A stretch of DNA of 64,000 nucleotides from Diplonema japonicum (Eukaryota; Protista; Euglenozoa: Diplonemea). Shown one piece after another: positions 42,800-54,866 of the stretch. The notes under the pieces are model-generated. The model was not told the DNA's origin, made no database searches, and worked only from the letters and a program-made list of their open reading frames with translations. Positions within the stretch are counted from its first letter, which is position 1; each line of letters begins with the position of its first letter. The stretch spans positions 62,001-126,000 of the forward strand of contig OZ025752.1 in the NCBI GenBank assembly GCA_964019335.1, in the 5' to 3' direction. Position numbers and translations under genes: made by a program.

Positions 42800-43980
42800 C
42801 AATCAACCGACTCTTTTTTTTTTGCCGGTGGCTTCCCCGAATAGGATGGAGTTGGGCGCAGCTACTAGGTTGCAACACATCTTGGGCCGAACGCGGACAC
42901 ATCTTTAGAGAGGTGGTGAGGAAGGCCCGAAGTAGGACGCTGGCGGTCGAGAGGAGCACGATAAGCGGGATAGAGCCGGGGGCGGACCCCAAGACGAACC
43001 GATTATGGAGGACGGCCAAGGACCCGCTCATGTCCTACAGCCTGAGACGAGTGATCGCAGGAGGGGTTCCCTACCTAAACCCGCACGCAAATGCGAACCG
43101 AAAGAGCGTCCCACTGGCGCCTGAAGGTGACGACAACGGTGACGACGAGGAGAACATGGGCCAGGCACCAACGACGGAGGTATCGCACACGCAAGGATTC
43201 AGATGCGACCTGTGCAAGTCTCCACACCCGGACACGGTGACCTTACTCCGCCATCAGCTGTATGAGTGCGCCTGTGCACAAGAGGAACTGGCACTAGACG
43301 GAATGGAGCCGTTGCGCAACAGATCAGGATGGTCCCTATGTCTGGAGCTGCACGCGATACTGCCGAGGGGGCATGTCTTCGCACACCTGGAGAAGCTGCA
43401 GCGATACATGGCTGTGGTGGTCGGGAAACGGGATGTGGAGCTCATGCAAATAGACAACGCCAGCACACAGCCGCTGCCGTGGGTACGCAATGTGGAGGGA
43501 AGGAGATGCCTCGTGCCAACGGCGGGGGAGCTCGAAGGAGTGGGAGGAATCGTCGCAGAATTCTTGAACCCGCTGCTGCAGTGGTTGTCACAGCTACGAT
43601 GGGTGAAAGAGGACACCAGCTCTGAAGTGTCAGCGGTGGAATTGGCCATCGACTTCGAATGGACGACAGGCAAGTTACTGGGAGGTCTGCTGGAAGATAG
43701 GGCTCGCAAGATCAAAGCATTGATAAGAAAGCTGAACGCGGCATGCAGGGCACGGAAGAAGCCACGCCCCTTCCCAGCGGATGAACAGAAGAGAGTGAAG
43801 TCCCTCATCGCAATAGGTGGGAAGACGGCTATGGGTTTCGCCAGGAGGCCCATCTTCGCCACCCACTCCACGCACGACAAGCTGATGGAACTGAAAGCCG
43901 CTTACAAGCGAGACCGCATCACACGACTCCGCTCAAGGCCTCGATTGGAACGAAAGCAATGCTCCAGAAGGGGAGTATAA
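42800..43980 (+). mobile_element. C-terminal fragment of a non-LTR-like ORF (second family, diverged)
   Basis: RWLP.IGWSW, CDLC...RHQLYEC, LRW...ELAIDFE and GFARRP. Confidence 0.6.
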
Positions 43981-44319
43981 ATAGATAGCCCCCCCCAACC
44001 CACCCAAGGGCGGCCCTCCATGAGGGGGTTTGTCCTGCACTTTGAGTTTTTTTTTTCTTGCTGCACATGCTGTTTGTAACAGGTTATGCAGTGTCTTTTT
44101 CTTGTCCCTATTTATTCTTTCCCTTTCAGCAAACATTTCAGTGAGTTACCTGGTAGTAACCTACAGACAGTAGAAATATGAATGGTGGTCTTTCAGGTGG
44201 GGCAGGAATAGCAGGTTATTAAACTTGGCCTCTTTGGCTAACGATTGGCCTATCTATCTACAATCGGCAGGATCAACCAGGTTTCGACGGCCAGTCTAAA
44301 TACAAAGAAATGCTGGACT

Positions 44320-44386
<67 letters not shown>

Positions 44387-44449
44387 TACGTTGACATTTG
44401 CCGGGGGTTTTATCCCGCTATATTCTAACTTAAAACCATTTCAGCCGCC

Positions 44450-44756
44450 GCAACAAGAGGGTCATTTGTTGACATTTTCTTCCGAACGAACTCATATTTC
44501 TTCTTTGAGTTTCAAAGAGAAGAAAAAAAAAAAAAAAAAAAACCCCTCCCGTACCACCAATATATTTGACAAAAAAAAGAGAGGATACTGAGGACCAGCA
44601 TCCTCAGTAACCTTCAAAAAAAAAAAAAAAAAAAATGCCAACCAGAAAAGCTTGTGGGAAGAGAACCCGGGCAACCTGGTGAGCGTCTCAAGATACTTCC
44701 AACCCACCTAGTGGGTGCGGCCTAGCAAGTCGAAACGGAAGTGGAATTTAAAATTT

Positions 44757-44788
<32 letters not shown>

Positions 44789-44799
44789 AAAAAAAAAAA
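44450..44799 (+). mobile_element. LINE 3'UTR insertion with ccgcc TSD immediately after a CATTTCAG acceptor
   Basis: ccgcc at 44445-44449 and 44800-44804. The body matches the structured LINE tail. A decayed UBL start follows at ~44828. Confidence 0.7.
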
Positions 44800-45299
44800 C
44801 CGCCTCCCCACTCCAACAGCAGCAAACATGTATGTGTTCAAAGGGCGATACGAAAAAGCGCAAGAACAAACTGAAATGAACAAGTGAACAAACAGCAGCA
44901 CCATCAACAACAAAACCTATTAGAATAGAGCAACAGAGACAGGAACGGCAGGGAGACGAAGGCAAGGACAGCAAACAGCAGCTCTGACAAAACAGCAGGC
45001 GCTGTATCAAACAAAAGAAAGGAAAAAAGAAAGCCCAGCAAAGAATAACGTCCTGGTTGAAGGCTCTTACAGTATTTCCGTGCTTAACGGAGCCGATACC
45101 GTGTGTGTGTGGGTGACGACAGGATACTTATGACTGGTGACCCTCACAAAATCGAAAAGTTATTTCTTCATTTATTTCTTTTTTTTTTTTTCTTTTCCTC
45201 AATTATTTTTTTTCTTTTTTTTTTTTGCAAAGAGCCGAAGAGTCTTTCACCCATCACAGAAGTCCCACCCCCCTGCAAAGTTATTTTTGCGGGATCAAC

Positions 45300-48266
45300 A
45301 TGACAACGACAGCCGGACCGGGTGTGCAGGCAGCGAAGGCACTGACGTCGCCTCCTCCAGCAGGAGAGCAAGCTGTGAAGACAGCGTGGGAAACGGTGGA
45401 GCAGCTGCGTGGACAGTTGGCGAGCAGCGCGGGGGGAACCACCACAACCACCACGCCAGAAGTGGAAACACAAAGAAGGCAGCTGAAAGTGGAGCTGGAC
45501 GCGGCGCTGGGGAAGTGGCACGACGCACTGTGCGACAGCGTGATTGCTGTGATGCAGAAGTTCCTGAAGCGCAGCAAGGAGCGCGGTGTGGGGGACTGCG
45601 TGTTGTCACTGGTGTCGGAGGCGCGGAAAGAGCTGCAGAAGGCTGTGAAGGCGTTCAAGGTGGCTGGAGGGGTGGCGCCAGCGAGCAAGGGAGGGGTGAG
45701 CCGGTACAGCGACGGGCTCGGCGAGATGGACGTGGACCGAGGGTGGAGCGAGTTCTTCGAGGGTGGTGCGTCGTGTGCGAAGCTGATGCTGGCGACGGTG
45801 GAGGCTGCGATGGGGACGGAGAACTCGGGGTATGTGACGTGTGCTGCGTGTGGGACTGCGCTGAATGCGGGGAGCAAGGAGCGGCACCTTGCGAAGTGCG
45901 GGAAGCTGGAGGCGGCGCAGCGGGCTGCTGGTGGGGTGTTCGAGACAATGACAGCGGAGTGGGCTGTGCGGCAGGTGGAGGGGGCGACCGAGCCCTATCT
46001 TCGGCTGTACACTCTGGAGAGCCCCTTGTGCTACGACGTGAACGCGGCGATGCGTGAGGTGGCGTTCCGCGGGGAGCGACAGCGCTACGAGCCGATGAAG
46101 GACTTCGCCTATTCCCTGCACCGAGCAATGGCATCGCAGCCGAAGTACGAGGGGACCGTGTTCCGTGCAATGGACTTCCGGGTGAGCGAGTCACTGTACT
46201 CTGTGGGAGCGGTGGTGACGATGCCGCACCCCACGAGTGCAAGCGAGGACCCTGGGGTGGTGAGGGACTTCCTTGGGACGAAGAAGGGCGGCGGTGGTGG
46301 CCACGACGACGAGGTGCAGGGGACGATCCTCGTGCTGCGGGTGCTGTCGGGGCGGAGCATCGCTCGCTTCAGCCGCTTCCCCGAGGAGAAGGAGGTTCTG
46401 ATCGCAGCGAACACCCAGTTCCGGGTGGTGGGGCGCCCTGACATCGGTGTGATGCGTCTGCTGGAGGTAGCTCTCGACACAAGCTTGCGTCGCGTGGTGG
46501 TGGTGGAGCTGCAGGAAATCGACTTCGATCACTGGGGCAGGCTTGAAGATGTCATGACACAGGTGGAGCGGGTCCGCAACGCGAAGCTGCTCGACACGAT
46601 CAAGACGAAGCTCAAAATGACAGAAAACTATTTTGACCTCCATCCGGTGACGCGCGAAGGAAGGTTTGTAGGCTACCCGCTCAGCACGGCAATGCCTGTT
46701 GTGGACGGGAAGACACTGCTGGAGGCTGCAGCTGAATTGGAGCACAACGAGCAGGTGGTGTCGCTGTGCTGTGCCAACCTGGGACCCGCAGGCCACTCTG
46801 AGGCTCTGAGCGCAGCGCTCGCAGCAGTGTTGCGGAGGAACAAGAACGGGAGCCACGACAAGAATGCGGCGGTGCTGCTGAGCAAGGGTGCGGACCTTGC
46901 GGGCTTGCCAAAGGAGCTGCGCACAGCAGGTGTCGGGCTGCTTGCGTGTGCTTGCAAGCGGGCGGTGTTGAACAAGGTGGTGCAGGCGCTTGGCGACACG
47001 TTTTGGGGAGCGCACAACGAAAAGGGCCCGCGGCAAGGTTGGACAGTGCTGCATGCGGCGGCCGCAAGGAATCGCGCTGACCTTCTGAAGGATGTCCTCC
47101 TCTCTGGTCCCCTGGCGGCGGATACGGTGGATGCGTTTGGCAACACTGCGTGCTTTGTCGCCGCTGAACACGACTGCGTGGACGCATTGCGCGTCCTCAT
47201 CACGGAAGGAAAAGCTGACGTGAACAAGGCCAGCAACAACGGTACTACCCCGTGTTTCATGGCGGCTCAAAATGGCCACGCCGACGCATTGCACGTCCTC
47301 ATCACGGAAGGAAAAGCTGACGTAAAACAAGGCAACAAACATGGTGTCACCCCGTGTTACATGGCAGCTCAAAATGGCCACGCCGACGCATTGCTCATCC
47401 TCATCACGGAAGGAAAAGATGATGTGAACAAGGCCAGAAACAACGGTATTACCCCGTGTAGCATGGCGGCTAGTCAGGGTCATGCCGATGCATTGCGCAT
47501 CCTCATCACGGAAGGAAAAGCTGATGTAAACAAGGCCGGCACCAAAGGTAATACCCCGTGTTACATGGCGACTCAAAATGGCCACGCCGACACATTGCGC
47601 ATCCTCATCACGGAGGGAAGAGCTGACGTAAACAAGGCCGGTAACGACGGCGCTACCCCGTGTTACATGGCGGCTCTTAATGGCCACGCCGACGCATTGC
47701 GCGTCCTCATCACGGAAGGAAAAGCTGACGTGAACAAGGCCCTCAACAACGGTGTTACCCCGTGTTACATGGCGGCTGAGAATGGTCATGCCGATGCATT
47801 GCGCGTCCTCATCACGGAAGGAAAAGCTGACGTGAACAAATACGAGAACGACGGCGCTACCCCATGTTACATAGCGGCTTTCAGTGGCCACGCTGACGCA
47901 TTGCGCATCCTCATCACGGAAGGAAAAGCTGATGTAAACAAGGCCGACAACGAAGGTATTACCCCGTGTTACATCGCGGCTTGCTACGGTCACGCCGAGG
48001 CATTGCGCGTCCTCATCACGGAAGGAAAAGCTGACGTGAACAAGGCTGATAACGAGGGTATTACCCCCTGTTGCACAGCGGCTTGTGGGGGTCACACCGA
48101 TGCATTGCGCATCCTCATCACGGAAGGAAAAGCTGACGTGAACAAGGCCGACAACGAAGGTAATACCCCGTGTTACATTGCTACTCAGGTGGGTCACACC
48201 GATGCATTGCGCATCCTCATCAAGGAAGGAAAAGCTGACGTGAACAAGGACTTCACACCGGTGTGA
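45300..48266 (+). CDS. C2HC (UBZ-like) zinc finger + R-S-E clade ADP-ribosyltransferase + ~12 ankyrin repeats (988 aa)
   Basis: CAACG...ERHLAKC zinc finger. ART motifs LYT...VNAAMR, VFRA (R), TSAS (S) and FPEEKEVL (ExE). 102-nt ankyrin repeats ADVNKAxNxGxTPCYxAAxxGH. Confidence 0.88.
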   Translation: MTTTAGPGVQAAKALTSPPPAGEQAVKTAWETVEQLRGQLASSAGGTTTTTTPEVETQRRQLKVELDAALGKWHDALCDSVIAVMQKFLKRSKERGVGDCVLSLVSEARKELQKAVKAFKVAGGVAPASKGGVSRYSDGLGEMDVDRGWSEFFEGGASCAKLMLATVEAAMGTENSGYVTCAACGTALNAGSKERHLAKCGKLEAAQRAAGGVFETMTAEWAVRQVEGATEPYLRLYTLESPLCYDVNAAMREVAFRGERQRYEPMKDFAYSLHRAMASQPKYEGTVFRAMDFRVSESLYSVGAVVTMPHPTSASEDPGVVRDFLGTKKGGGGGHDDEVQGTILVLRVLSGRSIARFSRFPEEKEVLIAANTQFRVVGRPDIGVMRLLEVALDTSLRRVVVVELQEIDFDHWGRLEDVMTQVERVRNAKLLDTIKTKLKMTENYFDLHPVTREGRFVGYPLSTAMPVVDGKTLLEAAAELEHNEQVVSLCCANLGPAGHSEALSAALAAVLRRNKNGSHDKNAAVLLSKGADLAGLPKELRTAGVGLLACACKRAVLNKVVQALGDTFWGAHNEKGPRQGWTVLHAAAARNRADLLKDVLLSGPLAADTVDAFGNTACFVAAEHDCVDALRVLITEGKADVNKASNNGTTPCFMAAQNGHADALHVLITEGKADVKQGNKHGVTPCYMAAQNGHADALLILITEGKDDVNKARNNGITPCSMAASQGHADALRILITEGKADVNKAGTKGNTPCYMATQNGHADTLRILITEGRADVNKAGNDGATPCYMAALNGHADALRVLITEGKADVNKALNNGVTPCYMAAENGHADALRVLITEGKADVNKYENDGATPCYIAAFSGHADALRILITEGKADVNKADNEGITPCYIAACYGHAEALRVLITEGKADVNKADNEGITPCCTAACGGHTDALRILITEGKADVNKADNEGNTPCYIATQVGHTDALRILIKEGKADVNKDFTPV

Positions 48267-49045
48267 AGCCCACGTCTCTTGCAATATCATTTCAAAGAAG
48301 AAAAAAAAAAAAAAAAAAAAAAAATACCATCAGTCAAGGAAACAAAGACCTACGGCCCAAAGCGGGTTACCCAGAACCGTGGAGCCATTTTTGAAAAAAA
48401 CCGGAAATTTACAACAACATTCGAAGTAGGCATTCTTTTGAGGTCTGGCCGCGAAATAGAAAAATAATAATAATAATACCGGATTTGTACTTATATTTTT
48501 ATGTGAAGTCCCAAATTGGGCAAAAAATTCGAAAAAGGTACATAATATTTCAGAACACCATTAAGACAGAACATAAAAATTACAAAAATAAAAAGAAAAT
48601 CCCAGAAAATATCCCTAAAAATAAAAAATCCCAAGACAAAAACAAAATACCCCCCAGCCGGGGAGGGGGGTGGTATTACCGCAATTCTAGTTCACTATTG
48701 CCCAGTCCTGCATGTAAAGCACACCACATAGTCGCAGGACGGGCAGACCCTCCCGCGGGTGCTCATGTCATTTTTTTTTTCCTTCGGTCGGGAACGGTGC
48801 TCTCCAAACCTGCTGGGACGCTAGTAGGATCCATTGAAGGGTGCCTCTCGCCTGATGAGGACAGCACCTGGAGGAGTTGCGAGATATTTCCGAAACTGAG
48901 AGATGCCTAGTACTGACCATACCCCCTCCCCTTCTTCTAGGGGGCTGCGGCTCTCGCGCGGAGTTTGCATGTGACATCATCTTTTTCCTCTCGTTCTACC
49001 CCCCTTTCCCTACAACATTTCAGCCACCCCCTCATAACAGCCAAC

Positions 49046-50200
49046 ATGGATGTGTTCGTAAAGGACGCTGCAGGGAAGCGCAAAGAGATGGTGGTGAAGG
49101 AGCACAGCACGCTTGCGGAGGTGGTGAAGGAGGCAGAGAGGGTGCTGGGCTATGAGGTGAAGGGGTGCACGGAGCTGTGGTACGATGGGGCTGTGGTGGC
49201 AGAGGGAGGGGACAGCAGCTTCTGCGGGCTGACGGGGATCAGTGCAGGCGACGAAGTGCAGGCCGTCTACTCCAATGCGAAGATGAAGGAAGAATTCAAG
49301 ACAGGCAAGGTCACTTTCGACCACACTTCCCCTGATGTGATGCGAGGCGATGCTGAGATCGCTCTTCTCGCAGCGCAGAGGGACACGAACTTGTTGAGGC
49401 ACGCCCTCCCCTCCCTTAGGGGGGACAAGGGCTTTATGCTGTCTGCATTGAAGGCTGTCAGGTATTGCTATGGTCCCGATATCCTTCACCATGCCACCCC
49501 CGAGCTCCTCGACGACGCTGGCTTTGCGGCCGACGCCATCATGACAAAAGCAGTGTTCGGTAATCTTAGATTTTCTGTGAGGTTGCAAACCGACCCGAGA
49601 GTGTGCCTTCTCCACAAGGTCACGAACCAGCGATTGCTCCCCGACCCTGTCCTTTCTGACGACACGGAGGTCGCCATGCTTCAGATCAAGATGTGGGACA
49701 GGGCCCACGAAGCCACGCCATGGGACTTTTCTGACGACCACGAGTGCTGTCTGCAGCATGTCTCTGAGCGTCTGCAGGGTGACAAGGAGTTTGTGCTGGC
49801 TGCTGTGGAGTATGACGGGATGAGCTTGAAGCACGCAGCGGGGCCCTTGAGGAACGACCCTGATGTTGTTCGTGCAGCTGTGCAGCAGAATGGGATGGCC
49901 TTGGGTTTTGCATCTGAGAAAGAGGAAGAAGAGGAAGAAGAAGAAGTTTGCGATGTTGGCGGTGAAGAAGGACTGGATGGCATTTTGCCACCTCACAGGT
50001 GCGGCGAGGGACAGCAAGGAGGTGGCATTGGAGGCTGCAAGTGCTTACGGTTACCTACCAAAGCGACTTCAGGAAGACAAGGAAGTGGCGCTGGCGACAG
50101 TGAGCAGGAACGGGTTGTATGTGCAGTGCCTCCCCGAGAAGCTGAAGTCAAGTGTGTGGTGCTGGCGGTGGTGAAGCAGAAGCTCATCGGTCATAGGTAG
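49046..50200 (+). pseudogene. UBL-DUF4116 copy D (SAP/NLS block deleted, frameshifted)
   Basis: A deletion at ~49945 shifts the frame, and the 3' end is truncated. Confidence 0.8.
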
Positions 50201-50216
50201 TTTTTGAGAAGAAAAA

Positions 50217-50853
50217 TGGAAATATTAGCAAGGCTAAATAAGGAAAAGACGTGCAATAAGTGGGCAGGTAGAACGGAAGCACCCAAAAGGATGGAAGGGC
50301 TGAACAGGAAGAAAGAGGTGCTGATCAACCAGCTGAAGACTGGGCACCATGACCTGCTGAAGGTGGGATACGCCGAGCAGCGAATTTGCGTAAAGTGTGG
50401 CCCCAACACGAAGCGAACCCTCCAACATCTCTTCCTAGACTGTCCGTCATCCAAAGCAAGCAGGGACAAACACTTCGACACCCTGACGCTGAGACACATC
50501 CTTGTGGAGAACCCACGAAAAGCAATCCAATATCTCGAAGATACAGGGGACCTGCCCCCCTCCGCAACAACTCCACAACAACCAACTAACCTGCCGAAGT
50601 AGCATGCCAATCAGAAGGCGGCTGAGGCACTTCTGATTCATTCAGAATCCCGAGATCCCATCCCAGATCCCCAATCCTGTTTCTCGCAGAAACAGAGAAC
50701 ACCACCAACCCCCCCACTACAGCAGCCGACGAGACAGACGCAGCAGTGAAAATAAAAAAGCCCCCCTGAACAAGTTTACCCCCACCCCTATAACGTGATA
50801 AAAAAAAAAGAAAAAAAAAAAAGAGGATACTGAGGTCCGGCACCCGCAGTAGC

Positions 50854-50887
<34 letters not shown>

Positions 50888-51054
50888 GTAAAGTGCCAAA
50901 CAACCAGCAAAGCTTGTGGAATGAGAACACCAGTACGGTCATGAGTACCCGGGCAACCGGGTGAGCGTCTCGAGACACTTCCAACCCACCTAGTGGGTGC
51001 GACCTTAGCAAGTCGAAAAGGAAGTGGAATTTAAAAAAAAAAAAAAAAAAAAAA
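50217..51054 (+). mobile_element. 5'-truncated LINE insertion (CCHC + 3'UTR + poly(A))
   Basis: CVKCG...LQHLFLDCP. The empty site gagaagaaaaagtcccc is seen in the duplicate at ~63439-63455. Confidence 0.9.
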
Positions 51055-51379
51055 GTCCCCTTTTCTTTTAGCCCACTCCTCCCTCTTTTCTTTTTATAGG
51101 CCATAGTACGTTGGTAAGAGCAAGACCTACTAGTGGTTCAGCAGGGAGGTCCAGGAATGAAAAGACAGTGTGGTGCAAAAGATTTCAGGCAAGACGACAA
51201 TCCATGAAGCGCTAGTGACATGTCTGAAAAGACTGAGAAAATTGAAAAAGGGAACTTTTTTTTCTTCTTTTTTTCCCCCGTAATTTGTCTCATCTAGGAT
51301 TAGGTGCTGCTGCAGAAGGGGAAAAAAAAAAACATTTTTCGTTGGGGGGGTTTTTTTTTTTAAAGCTGCTAGTGCAATC

Positions 51380-53681
51380 ATGAGGAAAACACGACACCTT
51401 GACAAGGAGCTGACGACAGTGTTGAGAAACGGGTCGATTGGAGCTCTGGCGAACGCAACCATGAACACGTGGAAAAACGTGTGTGAAGGCGTCCGGAAGC
51501 TAGATTGGAACTTGGAGACAGAAAGGGACCTGCTGAAAGGGGACCTGGACGAGGCACTGATTGAAGTACAACGGCTGGACGAAGCCCTAGCACAAAGGGT
51601 GCGGGAGCTTGACAAGAGAGCGAGAATGCGGAGGGAAGCAAAGTATGAAGAGCGTTTGAACACACACTTCCGCGAGGAAAGGCGGAGGATGACGGCCTTT
51701 GTGAGGAACTCCCAAACGGCAGGAGCACAAGCCGTGGCGAACAGCGAGGGGGCGATGACGGCGGACCTCAGAGAGATGGATGATGCACGAGGAATGGGAC
51801 AGGATCTTCTGCCTGTACGAAGTGGGCGGAGAGCCGAAGTACCAAGACTTCAAAGAACGATACGGTGCATACATTGAGAAGAACGAGATGGCCTTGCTCC
51901 CGCTGACGGGGAGCGACTTGCGAGAGGTGCTGATGAAGAAAACCGCCCCCCGATAGGCGGTGGTGATGATACGCGAAAGGAAGACTTCGTGGTGGGAGAC
52001 CTGCAAGAAGGAGAGAACGTTCTGACAATGGGAGACATCAACCTACACGAGGCGTGGAGCGCGTTCGCAACGCAGAGCGAGGGCGGCAGGAAGGTGATGA
52101 CATGGGTCGCGGAGACGGAAAGGATAATTTGGAACGACCCACGCAAACCAACCTGGCAAAGAAATATACAACGCTCCAGCCCAGACATCGTGATCGGGCA
52201 GCCAAGGTGGCCGAGGAAATGGAAACTGCTGGAAGGCTGGGTATCGGATCACCGACCAGTCATGACAGAAGTCCCATACGAGAAAACCACAGAGCAAAAA
52301 GCAGCACGAAAGGTACTACAATGGCAGTGACGAAAAGCAGACTGGGCAAAGTACACATTGGACCTTGAACACAAAGCTCCCAAGGTGGAAAGGTGCAAAG
52401 ACCCCAAAGAAGCGATAGCACGACTCATCGGACACATAAGAAGAGCATCCCGAGAAAACATCCCCCGCATCCCACAGAGACCAAGAGAAGAAAGAGAGCT
52501 GTGGTGGACCGAAGAGATACGAAAACTGCAAGACGAGGAAAACACCCTGAAACAAAAGCTCGGAGAACATGGAGGGAGCGAAGAAGAAGGGGAAGAACTG
52601 CAGAGACTGGGGAGCAACTGATGAAGAGTGAAAGGGAAAAGGCTTGGTTGGAGGTGACAAAGAAGCTGGGGAACGTGGGAGGAATAGGGCCGGTGTTCCG
52701 AATAGTTAGGGCAATGGACGGAAGAGCATCCAAGACCAACACCGACGTACCCTTAGTCGTGAAGAATGACGTTATCCACAAAAAAGCAAAGAAGGCTGAG
52801 ATCCTAGGGGAGTACTTTGCATCCATAAGCAAGTCAACCCAAGGACACGGCTACAACCCCGACCTCAAACAAAGTAATCACGACGCCTCCGAAGTACCTT
52901 TCAACATTGAAGAACTGAACAACGCTCTCGGTGAAATAAAAACGCACAAGAGCCCCGGCAAAGATGGTTTGCACAATGAGATGCTGAAGCAACTGGGTCC
53001 GAAAGCGAAAAAAACTCTCCTACATGTATTCAACCTATCATGGCAAGGAGGCTGTGTCCCACAAAGCTGGCGAGATGCACTCACAAAGCCCTTGCCCAAA
53101 CCGATGAAGGACCTCACGGACCCCAGCAGCTATCGTCCCATCGACCTCACCAGCAACCTGTGCAAGCTCGCTGAGAGGATGATAAAGGCAAGACTCAACT
53201 ACTTACTGGAAGATTCGACATCGAACGTGCACAAGCTCTGCAACACACAAGCCGGATTTCAAGCAGGCCGAACAACAATAGAACAGGTTGCAGCACTCAC
53301 ACAGAGGCTTAAGGGCGGTCAAAAAAAGAAGAAAGTCTCCTACACCATATTCCTCGACTTCGAAAAAGCATTCGACACGGTGCAAAAAGCAAAGCTAATG
53401 GAGAAGCTGACGGCCATGAAGCTCCCACCGCTGTACTTCCACACCGGCGCCTTCCTACAGAATAGACAGGCAGCAGTAAATCTGGAAGGAGTGACAAGCG
53501 ACAACCGTGAGAAGGAAGAAGGCGTACCGCAGGGAACGGTGCTCTCACCATTGCTGTTCCTGTTCTACGTGGACAACATAGCGAAAGCCCTTGAAGAGGA
53601 AGGACAAAGGGTCTTCGCATCGCGGACGACATGACAGCTGTGATCACCGCAGACAACCACGCAGAAGCACAGAAAAAGGCT
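51380..53681 (+). mobile_element. Ingi/I-like LINE, frameshifted (coiled-coil ORF fragment, APE endonuclease, reverse transcriptase)
   Basis: APE motifs GDINLH, SSPDI and SDHRPV. RT motifs KSPGKDGL, YRPIDLTS, QAGF, FLDFEKAFD, GVPQGTVLSPLLF and a frameshifted ADD. Confidence 0.9.
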
Positions 53682-54782
53682 TACCCCCAGGGAAGTGCAA
53701 GAGATCAACACCTTGCACGCCGCCAAGAAAGCAAGAAAGCCTCCTGCGAAGCTCAAGCTTGCTGAGGCTGAAAAGGCCAAAAATAGGCCGCTACGCAGCC
53801 ACCTATGGTACCACGGCGGCCCAGCGCTGGTACCGCGCGAAGGAAGACATCACGGTGCCAACGTCCAGTATATCAGACTGGAAACACCGCTTTGGTAACT
53901 CCAAGGTCGATCCCCCTGCCGCACCCGTTACTGCGGGTCGCAAGCCTCTTCTGAACGAGGAAGAAACAACCAAGCTCTTTGCTTGGATCCAGGTGCAGAA
54001 CGGAAGGGGGGTGCCGGTAGCAGCGTCGGACATCTGCCTGTATGCAGAGGGTCTCCTGCGCTGCAACCCGCTGCGGAAGGAGAACCTCGAGGCGTTTGGG
54101 GGAACGGTGTCTTTCTCCCAAGCCTGGGCCAACCAGCTGTGCTCCAAGCATGGCATGACAAGCCGCCGCCCAAAAACAGGGAAGTCTAGCAGCCTCAATG
54201 ATACCCAAGCAGCAAGGAGGTTCGCAGAGTACGTCGGAAGGACCATCAAAGAACATGGGATCAGGCCAGAGTTGACCTGGAACATGGACCAGACGGCGCT
54301 TCCCCTGCTGCCGCTGGGGAAGAAGACGAAGGCTAAAAGGGGTTCCAAGGTTGTCAAGGTTAGGGGCTTGGGGGACAAGCGTGCCGTCACCGGACAGTTT
54401 TGCGTTTCCCTGTCTGGTGGCAAACTGCATCCGCAGTTAATTTACACGGGAAGAACAGAACCAGCCCGCTGCAGGAAATACCCCGGGTCCGTCCCTCGTG
54501 TTGCACACCCCCCAAAAGGCTGGAGTTTAACAGCTTCGAAATCCCACTGGGCCACCCAAGAAACGCTTCAGCTCTGGGTAAAATGTGTCTTTCTCCCCTG
54601 TTGCTATAAACTTATAAAGTCATCGGGCTGGGCACCCACCGAGCCCATCTTGCTCATCCTAGATGACTACAATGGCCACACTATGGATGATTTTGTGAAC
54701 TTGTTTTTAGAAACAAACGTTCACTTAGCTTTTGTCCCTCCAGGCCTCACCTATTTGTGCCAGCCCTGGACATAGGACTGAC
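53682..54782 (+). mobile_element. pogo-family transposase (CENP-B-like HTH + DDE_1, DD35D), frameshifted
   Basis: GRKPLL, WNMDQT and LILDDY. QP(L)D is split by a 1-nt deletion that is shared with the copy at ~35520. Confidence 0.85.
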
Positions 54783-54866
54783 GACTCATGTGTCATCTGA
54801 CACAAATACGGTTTCCGCCGCTTCTTGGGTGGACGAAACTTCGTCACTCACTTAAAATCATTTCAG

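Noticed and set aside
44224-44248. U2 snRNA-like cttggcctctttggctaacgat
   Set aside because: No GTAGTA branch-recognition sequence or Sm site follows.
46191-48290. 699-aa minus-strand ORF, and similar antisense ORFs over the UBL and ankyrin genes
   Set aside because: These are shadows of repetitive + strand coding sequence with no independent motifs.
48800-48920. Hammerhead ribozyme (CTGATGA at 48852, GAAA at 48892)
   Set aside because: Stem I cannot be formed next to the core in either the type I or the type III topology.
49046-51054. LINE tail mobilising UBL copy D
   Set aside because: The duplicate copy G has the empty site, so the LINE inserted afterwards.
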